Shown: positions 10,402-23,099 of the stretch, one piece after another | How positions within the stretch are numbered: the first letter of the stretch is position 1 | Layout of the letters: the number at the start of each line of letters is the position of its first letter | Source: Protoeuglena noctilucae | Taxonomy: Eukaryota | Length of the DNA: 64,000 bases | Direction: 5' to 3' | Assembly (NCBI GenBank): GCA_958009085.1 | Contig: OY253674.1 | Span: 310,001-374,000 of the forward strand | Made by a program: the position numbers and the translations under genes | The notes under the pieces: model-generated | Told to the model about the DNA's origin: nothing | The model's input: the letters and a program-made list of their open reading frames with translations, nothing else | Database searches by the model: none

Positions 10402-13088
10402 ATGGCTTGCGTCGCGGCCGCCATCCCGGCCTGCCCGGCCCTCAGGACCTCGGCTTTCGGTCGGAGGGCCGTTGTTGCCCGCCTCCCCCTCCGCCAGCAG
10501 GTGGGTTCTCATCTCTGGCTCACTTTTTGGCCTGATGGATGCAGCGTCGCGACGTCTGCGCCCCCCGTAGGCGCGCTGGGCGATCCAATGTGCTGGTTCG
10601 GACATCAAAAGCGCTGTCGGGCCCGATGTCGCCGGGGGGGGCGATGCGCGGTTCCCGTATGCCCCAAATGTTCCCGATGTGCGGTATCTAGCCGTTTCTG
10701 CTCCCGCGCGGGCTCCTGCCGGACCCACCGGCCGAGATGCCGGGATTGGGGGTGGGCTGCCGCCCAGGAGGGTGGGTGGTCGCCCCACGGGGCCGCCCAT
10801 GCGTTCCACGCGTGGAGTTTAGTTGGGTGGGGCTATCGCGCGCGTCTGAGGCGCAGCTCGGCTCCCCGATCCGCTCCCCCCCATGCTCGCACGGCAAGGC
10901 GGCCTGGCATGCCCGGGCCCCGCGACATATCCCCGCTATTTGGTCGACATATGGCCATTTTCATCCCCCTCCATGGGCAGGCGTCGCCTGCGACGCTCCT
11001 CGGGGTTTCGCTCAGACGCGCTGGCACGCGCTAGCTGTCGCCGCGCTCGCACGGTCGCCTCGGTCGGGGCCCGTCGGCGGGCACGGGCCCCGGTTTTGCG
11101 GCGTAAAATCATCGTTTCACGCCAGTTTTCGAACGAGCCGTTCATTCAGGCCGCGAGTTGCTCTCCCCTTGCGCCCCTGCAGCCCCATGTGACGGGCCTG
11201 GTGGCCGCCCGCCCCGCGGGGATCCCCGCCCCGCGCGCCCCGTCCGTGGTCTGCGCGACGCCGACGCCCGTCGCGGTGGGCGAGGATCCGCTGGACAAGG
11301 CGGCGATCAAGGTATTCGGGGAGAAGGCGGGCCCGGCCCTCGTGACGGGTGGCTTCATCGCCCTGTGGTACGCCCTGAACGTGGCCTTCAACCTCCAGGT
11401 GACGACCCCTGCGTCCCGGCCGCGCTCTCGCTGCGCCGCTCCCCCCCGCCGACGTGGCTCGCGCACAGCACGTATCACCCGCCCCTGCGCGCCCCGTCCC
11501 CACAGAACAAGACCATCTTCAACTACTTCCCCTACCCCTGGACGGTGTCGGCGGTGCACGTGGTGATCGGCACCATCTACTGCGCCATCACGTACGTGCT
11601 GGGCGCCAAGAAGGCGTCCTTCGGGCGGCCCATCACCAAGTCCGAGTTCAGCACCATCTTTGGCCCCGCGTCCATGCACGCCATCGGCCACATCGCCGCC
11701 AACCTCTCCTTCGCGGCCGTCGCCATCTCCCTCACGCACACGGGTGAGACATACGCGTGCCACTTATCCAATCCACGCACTCCACCAAGCCGTGCTGATG
11801 ATGTTGCTTAGATAGTAGATCCCGAGATCGGGCGCGTTCGCCCGCTCGCTGATTACAACATGGCGGCATATGCCGCCCTGAGGCACGATGGCTCCCCTGG
11901 GACCCAACGTAGCGTGTTTTGACCACCCGATGCGTGCCGGCATGCGTTACCACCGCAACCGCCCCCGCCCGCGCCGCAGTGAAGACCCTGGAGCCGGCTT
12001 TCAACGTGGTCCTGTCCCAGCTGATCCTGGGCCAGTCCACGCCCGCCCCCGTGGCCCTCTCGCTGGTGCCCATCATGTTGGGTGTCGCGCTCGCCTCCGC
12101 CTCCGAGCTGTCGTTCAACTGGCTCGGGTTCCTCACCGCCATGGCCAGCAACCTCACCTTCGGCTTCCGTGCCGTCTGGGGCAAGCGCGCGATGACGTCG
12201 ATCAAGAACCTCGACTCCACCGCCAACTACGCGTGGACCACGCTCATCTCGGCCCTCATCTGCGTCCCCATGGCCCTCATCTTCGAGGGGCCCACCCTCC
12301 AGAAGGGCATGTCCGCCGCCATCGCCAAGGTACGCTTTGCGGGAGGGCATGTGCGCGAACGCACTGGGCAGGCATTGTGTGGCCGACTGGGCATCACCGA
12401 TGCCGCTGACGTAATCAGGATTTCAGCTTTTTGGTTTGCACAGCGCGCTGAGTAGCTGGGGACCCACGCATGCACGACTTGCACAGCGAAGTGCAGCAAC
12501 ATAGCGTGACACGAGAGCAGGCTGAGCCTCTTTCCAAAGGCCCCGCCCGGCTTTCCTCGCTCCGCAGGTGGGCGCTCAGAAGTTCTACGCCTCCCTCGTC
12601 TCCGTGGGTCTCCTGTACCACCTCTACAACCAGTTCGCCTACAACACGCTCGGCCGCGTGAACCCCGTGTCCCACGGCGTGTGCAACGTCGTCAAGCGCA
12701 TCGTCATCATCTTCACGTCCGTCCTCTTCTTCGGGAATGTCCTCACGCCCAAGACCCAGGTGCGGGCGTGGGGAGCATCGGGAGTGACCGCCACGCATCG
12801 CTGTGCCTGTTCGCGCTAAGCGACTTGTGGCGGCGGATGTTCTAGTCGTAACTGCAAGTGTTCTGCACGAATGACATGGGTCGGGAACAAGCCGATGCGC
12901 ATCCGCAGGCATAGCGTCGCAAGCTTGCCGAGCCCCATGCACAGCACAGCGCAGTAACCTTGCACGTATCGTCCTCGCCTCTGCAGCTCGGCACTGCGGT
13001 CGCCCTGGCGGGCACGGCTCTCTACACCTACCTCTCCGATCAGGAAAAGCAGAAGAAGGCCGCCGCCGCCGCCCCCAAGGCCGCGTAA
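10402..13088 (+). CDS. TPT: Plastid triose-phosphate/phosphate translocator
   Basis: Transit peptide, then WYALNVAFNLQNKTIFNYFPYPW, SFAAVAISLTHTVKTLEPAF, GLLYHLYNQFAYNTL and HGVCNVVKRIVII. Six exons, TAA at 13086-13088. Confidence 0.95.
11791..11887 (+). ncRNA. Intronic C/D box snoRNA candidate in TPT intron 3
   Basis: Terminal stem CGTGCT/GGCACG, box C (TGATGA/ATGATG ~11796-11803), D' CCGA 11822-11825, C'-like TGATTA 11850-11855, box D CTGA 11878-11881. The 12-nt element TAGATAGTAGAT is antisense to the conserved LSU rRNA segment AUCUACUAUCUA. Confidence 0.75.
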
Positions 13089-13684
13089 GGCGCTCGTGGG
13101 TGTTGGCACTCGCACCCGCGTGACGGGGGCGATTGCCGATGCGATGGGTGGGTACCAGGGTGCCAGCCCTCTCTGCGGGCGCTAAAGGGGTTGGGCAGCT
13201 GCCCAAGTGGGACTGCTCAGCGCACCGCGACGAGGGACTGAGCGACAGGGGTGACGATGTGGGTTTGGGACGGGCAGCGGGGTAAGCACGCCTAGTGAAG
13301 AGCGAGGCGTCGCTGACATATGGAGTCCTGGCCCTTACATGGCGAGGGTGCCAGGTGGTTCGCCGTGCAGCTGCGTTTATGGGGCCTCCGGCGTCCGATT
13401 GCGTGATGGTTGTGGTATCAATGCGGTCATAGCAGTCGCGGCTGGGCACGCACCCCGACTGCCTGCGAGCAGTAGCCGTGCTGCGAGCCACACTCTCTTC
13501 AGAGACTCTTGAAACGATCATGCGTGTCCCTAGCATTTCACTCGACCCTACGCGACTACGAATGAGAGATGTCCCGAAGCCGTGCCGAACCAAGCGACTC
13601 GCGACGTACGACTCTGCGAGACACACTCAAGCCCCGCCAGGCGCAGAGGGGCGCACCGCGTCACAGCAGAGCGCGCGCAGCTCG

Positions 13685-16600
13685 TCACTGCGAGAACCAC
13701 GACTCCTGCACCATCCACCGACCCCGCAGGCTCTCGACGCTCAGTGTGCTCTTGGACCGACGTTTGGGTGACGCCTTAGCGCGCCCACTTGAGCCCTCTG
13801 CCGCGTCGCTAGCCCTCGCTCCGTCCGCCGCGTCGCACTTCGTCCCCTCCTCTTCCTTGCCCTCACCCCCCACGGCCTTACCACCCTCCCCTGTTCCCTT
13901 TCCCGCAGCGACGCTCTCCACACCCTCCGCCTTGCCAGCAGGCCCCTTCTTGCCCTTCGCCCCACCCTTCGCCTCAACCCCATCCGTTGCGCCACCCTCA
14001 GCCCCACCCTCGGCCCCGCCACGCTGCTCCTTCGCACCAGTCGCCCCCTCTGACACCCCATTCCCATCAGAGCCGCCTCCACTGTCACTGGCGCCCTTCT
14101 TAGCTCCCTTCCGCTTCCTCTTAGACCCACCGCTTGGCTTAGCAGCCGCCTCCACTACTGCCTGTGTTGGCGCCCCTTCGCTCGACTCAACTGACTTGCC
14201 ACCGCTTGGCTCGACAGACTTGCCACCGCTTGGCTCGACAGACTTGTCACTGCTTGGCCTGGCAGGCTCCTCAAGCCCTGCCTTGGGAGGCACCGTGGGG
14301 CCCGACGCAGGACCCACCCCGTCTGCCGCCCCCGGCCCGTGATGCCGCAGCACCACATTGCCCTTCTTCCGGACCCCCACCACCGCAATCGCGTGCCCCA
14401 CGTCCACGCCCTCGTCGACGGCCTGGGACCCTGTTGATGAGGGCGGCCTGCGCAGAAGGCAAATCGTTGAACGTATACTCATGCATTGGCACGCAGGCGC
14501 AATGAATGCAGCAGCAGTCATATACGCAACCGGACTGATTGGTAGGCGTCGAAGAATGGCTGCAGCATTCCACAGGCCGCTCTCACTACCCGCACCCCGA
14601 CACGCCCCTTCCATCTCACCACTCCCACCCCAGTGCTCTCAGCCACTCACCGGCTGGGGAAACTCGGAATGAGCGTGACGCCCACTCGACTGACGCCCTC
14701 CACGTGCACAAAGACCCCGCGCCTCCCCACCCGAGCCACCCGAGCCGTGTACACCCTGCCCTCCTCAAACAGCCCAGGCGCTGCGGGTGGCGCTGAGCCC
14801 GCTCCGCTCCCCGCACCCTCACTCCCCGGCCCCAGGCCCGCCACAGGAGCCCCCTCCTGCGCCACGCCCGCAGCGCCCCGGTTCAACCCAGGATCATCGG
14901 CCGGACCGGTACCGAGCGCCGCACCATGCATGGCGGCATCGGAAGGCGCCGCAGCCTCTCCTGCGCTGCGCTGCTCTTCATCGTTTGCAGTCCTGGCAGG
15001 CTCGGGCCGCCCCTGGGCCCCTCGGCTGACCGTCCAGGTGCCATCGAGGGTCGTTTGGGCGGGCCACGCGCGAAAGCCGGAGAGCAATCGACCCTCGTCC
15101 GCGGTGTCTGGCGAGTCCTCACGCACCCACACCTTCACCGACGGCCGAAGATCTTCGCCATTCGGACGCTCCACACCCCCGCCATCGCCCGAGCCGCGCC
15201 CCGCCCCCGCCCCGGCCCGCGCCACGCCCTTCTTGCCACCCGCCCTGCCCCTCTTGCCACCCGCAACCTCGCTTTTGCCACCAGCCGCACCCTTCTCCGC
15301 ATCGCCAGCCGCCGCTTTGCCACCGCCTGCCTTGCGCTTCCTGCCACCCGCTGCCTCCCTCGCATCGCCACCCCTCGCGGCCTTTGACACTCCGGCTGTG
15401 ACCGTGGCACCGTTCCCGCCCACCGCATCACGGCTCGCTGCCAGGCCCATCCTTTCCCACCCCTCAGCGGCTGGCACGCCCCACCCGGTCCGCCACTCCG
15501 CCGCCCGGCCTCCCTCCCCCCCCCTGTCACCCCACGCACCCTCCCTCTCGCCCACCTCGCCCCTCTCGCCACCCGCCTCCGCACGCGCCCGCCTGACTGA
15601 CGACATATCCACCAGCGATAGGAGCTTCCGCTGAGCTTCCTCGTTCGGCGCGTACACGACCCAACTCTTCTGCCCCGATGGCATCACCAGGCACCCCGTC
15701 TTAGCCTCTACCTCGTCCCAAGGCGACCCCCGACCCCGCCGCTCCGGCACCGCACCCTTGCCCTCGCCGTCGGGCCCGGGGGCCGGGCGCGTCCCCTGGG
15801 GCAGCGTAAACACCCTCCCACGCGATGCGCTCGCCTCGATGTGAGGACTGCCCTCGCCTTCAGCCAAGATGGCCTGGCCCAAGTCAGCGGCAGCGACGCC
15901 AGCCTCGCTCCTGCTCGCAGCCTTGCCCCGACTGTCGGGGTCGCCCTTGCTCTTGGCTTTGCCAGCAATCCCGACCTCGCTTGCGCTCTCGGCAAGGATG
16001 GCTTTGCTCTGCAGGGATGCGACCCGCGCCTGCTCGCTGCGTGCGCGCCACCGTGCATCGGTCACGGCTGTGCGGAGCAGCGGCTCGAGGACGTCAGCGG
16101 GCACGGCCGGGGCGCCGGCACGCGGCACGACCACGCGCGCGGCGGTAATGGCCCATTGGAGCTCTGGGGGCACATCGTCACTGTTTGCCTCGACGGCTGC
16201 CGTGGCGATGGCGTCCGCGTGACTCAGCTCCAAGCCCGACGGGTCCCGAATCAGCGCGTGCGGGCCTGCGGGAACGGAACGGTGGCATTGTTGTCGATCG
16301 ATAGCGCGGTGGGGAGATGGGGTGGGCATCTCAAAGTGAGACGTTTAGCAGGCTTGGCTGCCACCCACGTCTGCCCAAGAACGCCTTTGGAGTGATGGCA
16401 ATGAGCTGCTATCACTTGCTGTTGCAACAACAAGCTGTCCTCACCGTAGCCCACAGCGTCGCTCACGCCCCCTCGGGATCGCCGGTCTCGAGAGCCCCCG
16501 CGCCCCTCAGATAGGTTTGCCCGGCTATCTGCCTGACTGTCGACCTGGTCGCCTGCACGACCGTCTCTCTGGCTGCCTGTGTGGTCGACTGCTTGGTCGA

Positions 16601-19600
16601 CTGCCTGCATGTCTGCCTGGTCAGTCGATCTCTTGGAGAGAGGGTGACGAAGCACCCAGTCCAAGCCTCCCACCGGCAACGAGACGCCGCTGCTGGCGGG
16701 GACCGGCTGTATGTCGACCTGAGGGAAGCGGGCAGAAGAATGTAACCCTCAGTGACACAGCCCTTTGACAGCAACACTTAACAAATGGACGCGTCGATAG
16801 CAACAAGTGACAACTGGGCTCGTCACTGTGCGGCAAGTCCCTGCACCATCGCCCATCACCTCGGTGGGCCCCAACGGGGAGGCAGCCGTGAAGACCGCAG
16901 CGCAGCCCCCGCCCACGTGCGCTGACGTCATGCCAGCGTCGGCGAGTGCCACGGATGCTGCACTGACTGCAGCAGCCACCACGCTCTGGGCGCCGCCCGT
17001 GAGTGCCTCGAGCTGCACCCTTGCGGAGAAGACGGCCAGAGGACGGGAGGGCGCTCCTGGCTGGGACTGACCGGCATCGCCGTTCGCTTCGGCACCACTT
17101 GCTTTGGCAGCGCCGGTCGACAGGGCGTGCGCCAGGGCATTGCGCACGAACAGCCCCGTGAGAATCTCCATGTCGCCGACGCCGGAAGAGCCGAACGTGT
17201 CGCCGGTGGCGAATCCGGGCACACGGAGGAGGCACATGAGGTTGGGGGCCGCGACGGCAGCTACGGGGAAGTTCTCTGCGGCGATACCGGAAAAGCAAGA
17301 GCGTCGCTACGAGCGATGGAGATGGCGATGGAGACGCTGCGGGCACAGATGGTGCATGTCGCTGCGTCGCAGTCACGTTTGGCGCACTGCAGATGATCAA
17401 AGCGTCCTTTGCGCTTGGCTGCTAGCTGAGCCAAGCCCTCGCTCGGGTCTCACCGGGCAAGACCGTGTCCGGCTCCCACTCGAACCGCTCCTTGGAGACG
17501 GTCGCCATGGCGCTCACGCGGCCCGCGGGCGTCTTGACAACAGCGTAACCGTGAGGGTTGGACCCGGATTGCTGGACTGCGGAGAGGGCAGGTTAGGGTT
17601 ACCATCGGTTTCGGAAGCCGAATGGCGGCGCAGGGCACGGCACAGCCCCACGACGTGCTGTGCTATCGTTGGCCCAAGCCACCGAACCCACCTCCCGTTG
17701 CGGCGTGCTTGGAGAAGCTGTCCAGTCTGACTCCGCCCGGCCTCATCCCGAGCTGCAGCATCCCGCGCAACACCTGCTCCCGCACGGTAGCCGCCACGCC
17801 GTGACTGAGGAGACCGAGGGCCGGAGGGACTGTCGTTTTGCGACGCGACAGCCTGGCTCTGCCGGCATCGACCCGGCGGCAAGCCCCCTTGCAAGCAGCG
17901 GGGCAGTTGACAGCACGTCAAAGGTCGCAATGCCAGGTCCGCAACCCCACCTGACGTCAGTGGGGCTCACGCCTCCGCTGCCTGGGATGCGCCCCATCGC
18001 AGCACGCATCCGCCCTAAGATGCGCAGTCGGTCCATGATGCTGACCTCCAAAGCCTGCAGGACCCGCCGAATGCGCCGGCCGTCCTCCAGCGCCGCGAGG
18101 CCACCCCCACGGCCGGCAGGCTCAGGCTCTTTGGCCGTCGTGCCCGCGCCCCCGCTGCCCTGCTCCCCGGCAGACTCGACCGCCCCCGCGGCTTTCGCTG
18201 CGTCCTTCCACACCGACCCGGGCATGCGCGTGGAGGGCCCAAGCAACTTGTCTGAGATGGATTCCCCATGCTCCATGAAAGCCGGCTGCAAGGCAAAGAG
18301 ATGGGCAACACGTAATCACCAGCAGTATACATCAACAGATGGGCATGGCAACCTGTGAACATTGGTGACCACAGCAACCCTAGCGGCACCCCAAAACTCT
18401 CGAAAAGCGGAGCATGCGCTGTCGCAGCGCCACGCCTGGGGTTCTAGTCGCGCACCTGGGTCACGGCGTGGTACACCTCGCTCCGCCGCTGAGCATCGAA
18501 AACGCTGAAGTTCTTCATGGACACATCACGGAACGTTTCGGGGGGCAGTGGGAGGCCCAGCATGCGGTTTATGGTCGGCCAGGCCAGCGCGCGCACCACA
18601 CCGGCTGCCGTGGCATCTGCACCGTACAACCTGCATGGGCATGCAAGTCCCGAGCGTTTGAAAATGACTTGCCGAATGCTCTTGTGCGAAGTGGCAGCAA
18701 GGAGATCCGAGGGACGCGTTGAGCTGACACCACGCACGTAGTCGTGCCAAGTTGCCATGCTAGAAACAACGCAAGTGAGCTCACCACATGGACCTCCGCG
18801 TGATGGACGTTTTCCCGGCCAGCTCCGCGATACTCGCCGCCAAGCTCGCTGCCTCTCCCTGCGCCACCTCTGCAGCCTTGGCCAAGTGCGGGGTCTTCAT
18901 GCCCCAGCCCGTCACGTCCGCATAGAGGCACCCGTCCGCCGTCCCGAAGTACAGCATGCTCTGCGGACCGGAGACGACATGCGGGGACCCTTCGTGACCA
19001 CTCAGGGCCCTATTCTCACCAACACGATGTCACCGTATGCTCCACAGCCACATTGCAAATGTGCAAGTGGGGCATTGGTGCACCCGCGAGCCGCACAGTG
19101 TCCGCCCGTCACTGCACAGCGAGACGAGCTTGACCAGCAAACGCACCAGCTTGGCTTTCTCCAGTTGCCCAACGTCCGGGCACACGCTCCAAGCGGACCC
19201 CTCCAGCTTGGCCACCCGCACGGCCGCAGCGGGGGCGATGACCGGGACGTCGCTCGCGAAAAGCGCCGCGGCCGCCGCATTTATCATGAGCACCTCCAGG
19301 TCGCACTCCGGGGCCACTGGGGGAAGAAAGGGTGTGGCGGAGCGTGGCGTGAAGAGAAGACAGGGCCGGTGCATGTGAGGGCGACGTCATGTGCCATCAT
19401 GCTGTCATAAGCAGCGCATGGGCAGGCTCGGCATCAGTTGGAAAACAAGACACCGCACGCCCGCACAGACTATGTCTTAATCAGAAACTCTGATTGACTG
19501 GCACCTGCGATGGGTTGGACTGACACCGTGACTGGGAACAAGAGCCCAGCCGGGAGCAGGGGGAGGAGCGCCTGGCGAAGGAGACCACGGGCTGCGTAGC

Positions 19601-20538
19601 TCTGCAAAGAGCCTTGCCGAATATCGAGGGAGTTGGTCCTCATGAAACCCTTGCCAAAGGCTCCGGCCCTCAGGCGAAGCTCAATCGACAGCGGGGGGGT
19701 GGAGCTGAACGGGACGGGACGCAGGCCCATGACAACGGCGCCGAGGCAGCTGCGGGCGGGCGGAGGGACGCGGGACGGTCAATTACGGAACCGCAAGGGG
19801 GCTGGGTAGGTCCCAGGGAGGCGGCCCCACGTCGACCGTCCTGCCCCGTCAGCCACTGCACAGACCTGGAACCGGTGGCGTCGGTGACGATGCACGAGCC
19901 GTCCGCGTAGTCCGCCACGCGCCCCGCCTCCAGGGTGAAGACTTGCGTGCGTCGCCGGGCGCCCCTCGGCCCGACCTCCTTGCCAATCGCTGCCCGCACC
20001 CGCGCAGGCCGAGCCGGCGGTCCGAAATGCCCCCACTGCGCAAGTGAAGGCAATGTGTATTTCAGGGGCCTCAATGTGCGACTCTGCGAGGTATAGAAGG
20101 CCCAACGTCGGCCGAGGCTGCATCCCTGTCCGTGCTCACCTCCGATGCGAGCGAGCTCGACGGCGCCAGGTCCTCCTCATCGCTGAAGAGATCCGTTGCG
20201 GGTGCCGGGTCCTCATCGGGCTCGGTTGAGAAGCCCCGCAGCGCTGGGCTTAGGCGAGCGAGTCCGGCTGCAGCAACCGGCGCTCGCGACAGGCGCAACA
20301 GAGAGCCGGAGGTCGACGCACGATGGATCGATGGCGTCAGTGACTGCGCACGAGTCGCTAGTTGGCGACCATCGGAGGACCGGGGGCCAGTCCAGGGCTC
20401 GCGGACAAAGGTTAAGGCGGCTGCCGTGGGTCTCTGGGTGGAACTGCCCCCGTCACGGAGGGGCCAGTGGAACCATGCTCCTGAACAGCTCCCGGAGCAG
20501 GAGAGGACGCGGTCCCACGCGTCCTTCCTCGCGCGCAT
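13685..20538 (-). CDS. Divergent polyribonucleotide nucleotidyltransferase (PNPase)-like protein (PH1, PH2, KH, S1), probably catalytically inactive
   Basis: FTLEAGRVADYADGSCIV and VLMINAAAAALFASDVPVIAPAAAVRV (PH1). VSAASVALADAGM and LIRDPSGLELSHAD (PH2). KTGCLVMPSGQKSWVVYAPNEEAQRK (KH-like). EEGRVYTARVARVGRRGVFVHV (S1). Internal exon structure only partly resolved. Confidence 0.8.
14190..14262. repeat. 24-bp coding tandem repeat, about 3 copies (encodes SVEPSGGK units in the PNPase-like tail)
   Basis: GACTTGCCACCGCTTGGCTCGACA occurs twice perfectly, plus a degenerate copy. Confidence 0.85.
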
Positions 20539-20872
20539 CACTCCTGCAACTCAGGCATGCTGGCGCAGACGGCTGCACGAGCCCACTCGCCCAGCTACGA
20601 CCACTTGTGCAAGATGAAAGAGGAATAGTGTCGCCCCCTGTGCGTTCGCCAGCCTCAACTGTGCGCGATTCACCAAACAGGGAACGACCCGACTGGCATG
20701 GCGCCGACTGGCACGGCGCACCGCGAGCATTCGTGAATCAACGGGTACCGCCAGGACCACCAGATCTGCAGGAAGCACAGCTGAGTCAGCTGGACCCCCG
20801 CGCCTTCGCGCCAACGCTACATTGCTGCTCAAGAGCCGTCCGACGGCAGCACGCGCTGCGCAGGGGGCGCCG

Positions 20873-23001
20873 ATGCAGGGACGGCACGCATGGACGCAGA
20901 GGGGACCTTGTCATGACGACCATCCCTCGTGCAGCAGGACGCCCCGCGCCCCCGTGATGGGCCCAGGCGGCGGCAGGCGGAGGCCGCGCCAGTGGCGGGT
21001 GAGTCTGCTCCACCGACGGCGCGCCGCACCCGCCACATTCGATCGTGCGCGATGCTCGTTTGTCAGTAAATCCGTTGGCAATGCCGTGCGTTGCCGTGAA
21101 GTCTCACCCATTGCGCCTGGCCTTTGGAACTGGTGCGGGGCCACACGCGCAAAGTGCCGCTGCTGCAGGCGGCTGTGGGAGGCGTGGAGGGCGCAGCACC
21201 AGGCCAGAAGATCACCAGCGAGGTCAACCGAGTGGTGGTGCTGCCGGGTGGCCCGCGCGCGGAAACGTCCCCCTCGGTTTGGGAAGACCTCCTCCCAGAC
21301 GCGCCCGTAAAGCGCGCCCAGTCCGCGTCGGACGCCGGAATGCTCAAGGTACGTTATTGCTTCGCGCGGGCTGGTTCATACTTCAGCTACCATCTTCGCC
21401 TGCCCGGAAAGCCCAGCGACATTCCCACGCGCAGCGCAAGGGCCGGCTGAAGGAGCAGGACTTGCTTATCGAGTTCCTGTTGAGCATGAACTCGACGCAC
21501 ACGCCGGTGGAAATCGCCCAGAAGATGGACCGGTGGATTCAGGAGCACCGCAAGGACCCATCGCGGTCGCAGCTCCGACGGCTGTGCCCGAAAGTGGGCC
21601 GGTTCCACACGCCCCTGAACCTCGTGGAGGCTCTCAACGAGTACGACGAGTTCTTCGCGCTCACGTGAGCCGCGCGAAGCCGAGCGCCCAGGCACGTGTT
21701 GGGTCGCATGCCTCATGTCGCTCAATGTCTCTGGCCATCGTTTCGTCCGCAGCCGCCGCCGTTACGTGCCCCCGAACTTCGCCGAATGGCGCCACGTCCT
21801 GGACATCGCTCAGGTGCGCCCAGCGCATGCATTCCGCAATGGCACGTCCTCCTGCCGACGCTCAATGGGCTGCGACCGCACATGCATGCGCCACCTCTGC
21901 AGGTGCACGGCATCGCCCCGTCCGTCCGTCTCGTGACCCTTGACGCGGACGGGACGCTGTACGCGGATGGACAGCACATCGAGCAGGACAACGCCATGAT
22001 TGGGCAGATCATCTCGCTGATGATCAGCGGCGTCCACGTGGCCATCGTCACGGCCGCGGGCTACCCCGGCGACGCCGGTCGCTTTGAGATGCGCGTCAAG
22101 GGCCTCCTCGATGCGTTCCGGTCCCTGCGCCTCGACAGCGAAGTGCTCGGCCGCTTCCACATCATCGGCGGGGAGTGCAACTACCTGCTGCGGTGCAGGG
22201 ACGACTACCGCCTGGCGTTTGTCCCCGACGACAGCTGGAAGTCACCCGCGATGCTGCAGTGGTCCGAGAGCGACATCAAGCAGCTGCTTGACGAGGCGCA
22301 GAGCATCCTCGAAGACACGGCGGTCAAGCTCAAGCTGCCCGTGGAGGCGAGATTCCGTCAGAATCTGGCGCTGACCGCCGCCTGTGCACATGTGACATCC
22401 ACACCTACACCCGTGGGGAGCTGTCGTGCGTGCCTCGCGACGCCCGTGTTTTTTGCTTGCGTCTGCAGGTGCTTCGGAAGGAGCGAGCCGTGGGCGTCAT
22501 CCCTCAGCACCCGACCGTGTATGAGGTACTGGAGGAGCTCACCATCACGCTGCAGATCCAGCTGGGGGACCAGAGGCCCGTGCCCTTCTGCGCTTTCAAC
22601 GGGGGCAACGATGTCTTTTGCGACGTGGGGACCAAGGCCCACGGCCTGGAGGCCCTGATGAGCTACGTGGGCTGCAGGTGCGTGGCCGCACCGGGCTGCT
22701 GACTGAGGATGGGGAGCTTACAGGGCTGACAAAAGCAGTGGATCCAGGAGGACAGCGTCGCTGTGCTATTGCGAGCCACTGCTGCGCAATGTCATCACAA
22801 TGCGACTGTTCCCCCTTCGCCCCGCCCTCAGTTCGGGGGAGACGCTGCACATCGGGGACCGTTTCACGCTGAGCGGGAACGACACGGCCACGCGGGACGT
22901 CTGCGCCATCCTCTGGGTCGCGTGTCCAGAGGAGACCGCCTTCTTCGTGCGGCTGCTCCTGGACGACATCCGCAAGGGTCGGAGGGAGATGTACATCGAG
23001 T
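20873..23001 (+). CDS. ISN1: IMP-specific 5'-nucleotidase (HAD family)
   Basis: RRRYVPPNFAEWRHVLDIAQ, LVTLDADGTLYADG, IVTAAGYPG, GGECNYL, FCAFNGGNDVFCDVG and ETLHIGDRF. Start is 20873 or 20957. Confidence 0.92.
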
Positions 23002-23099
23002 GAGCACGATTCAATCCACGCATAGTATGTGTCACTGCGCACGCACCGCTTGGTCTGTTCGCTGGAGACGTGAGGGGTGTTTGAAACGTGGCTATGCTA

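Noticed and set aside
12361..12372. GCACTGGGCAG in TPT intron 4, antisense to an LSU rRNA segment
   Set aside because: No properly placed D/D' or C box. An 11-nt GC-rich match may be chance.
20689..20719. 15-bp direct repeat CCGACTGGCAYGGCG x2 in the divergent promoter region
   Set aside because: Only two copies and no evidence of function.
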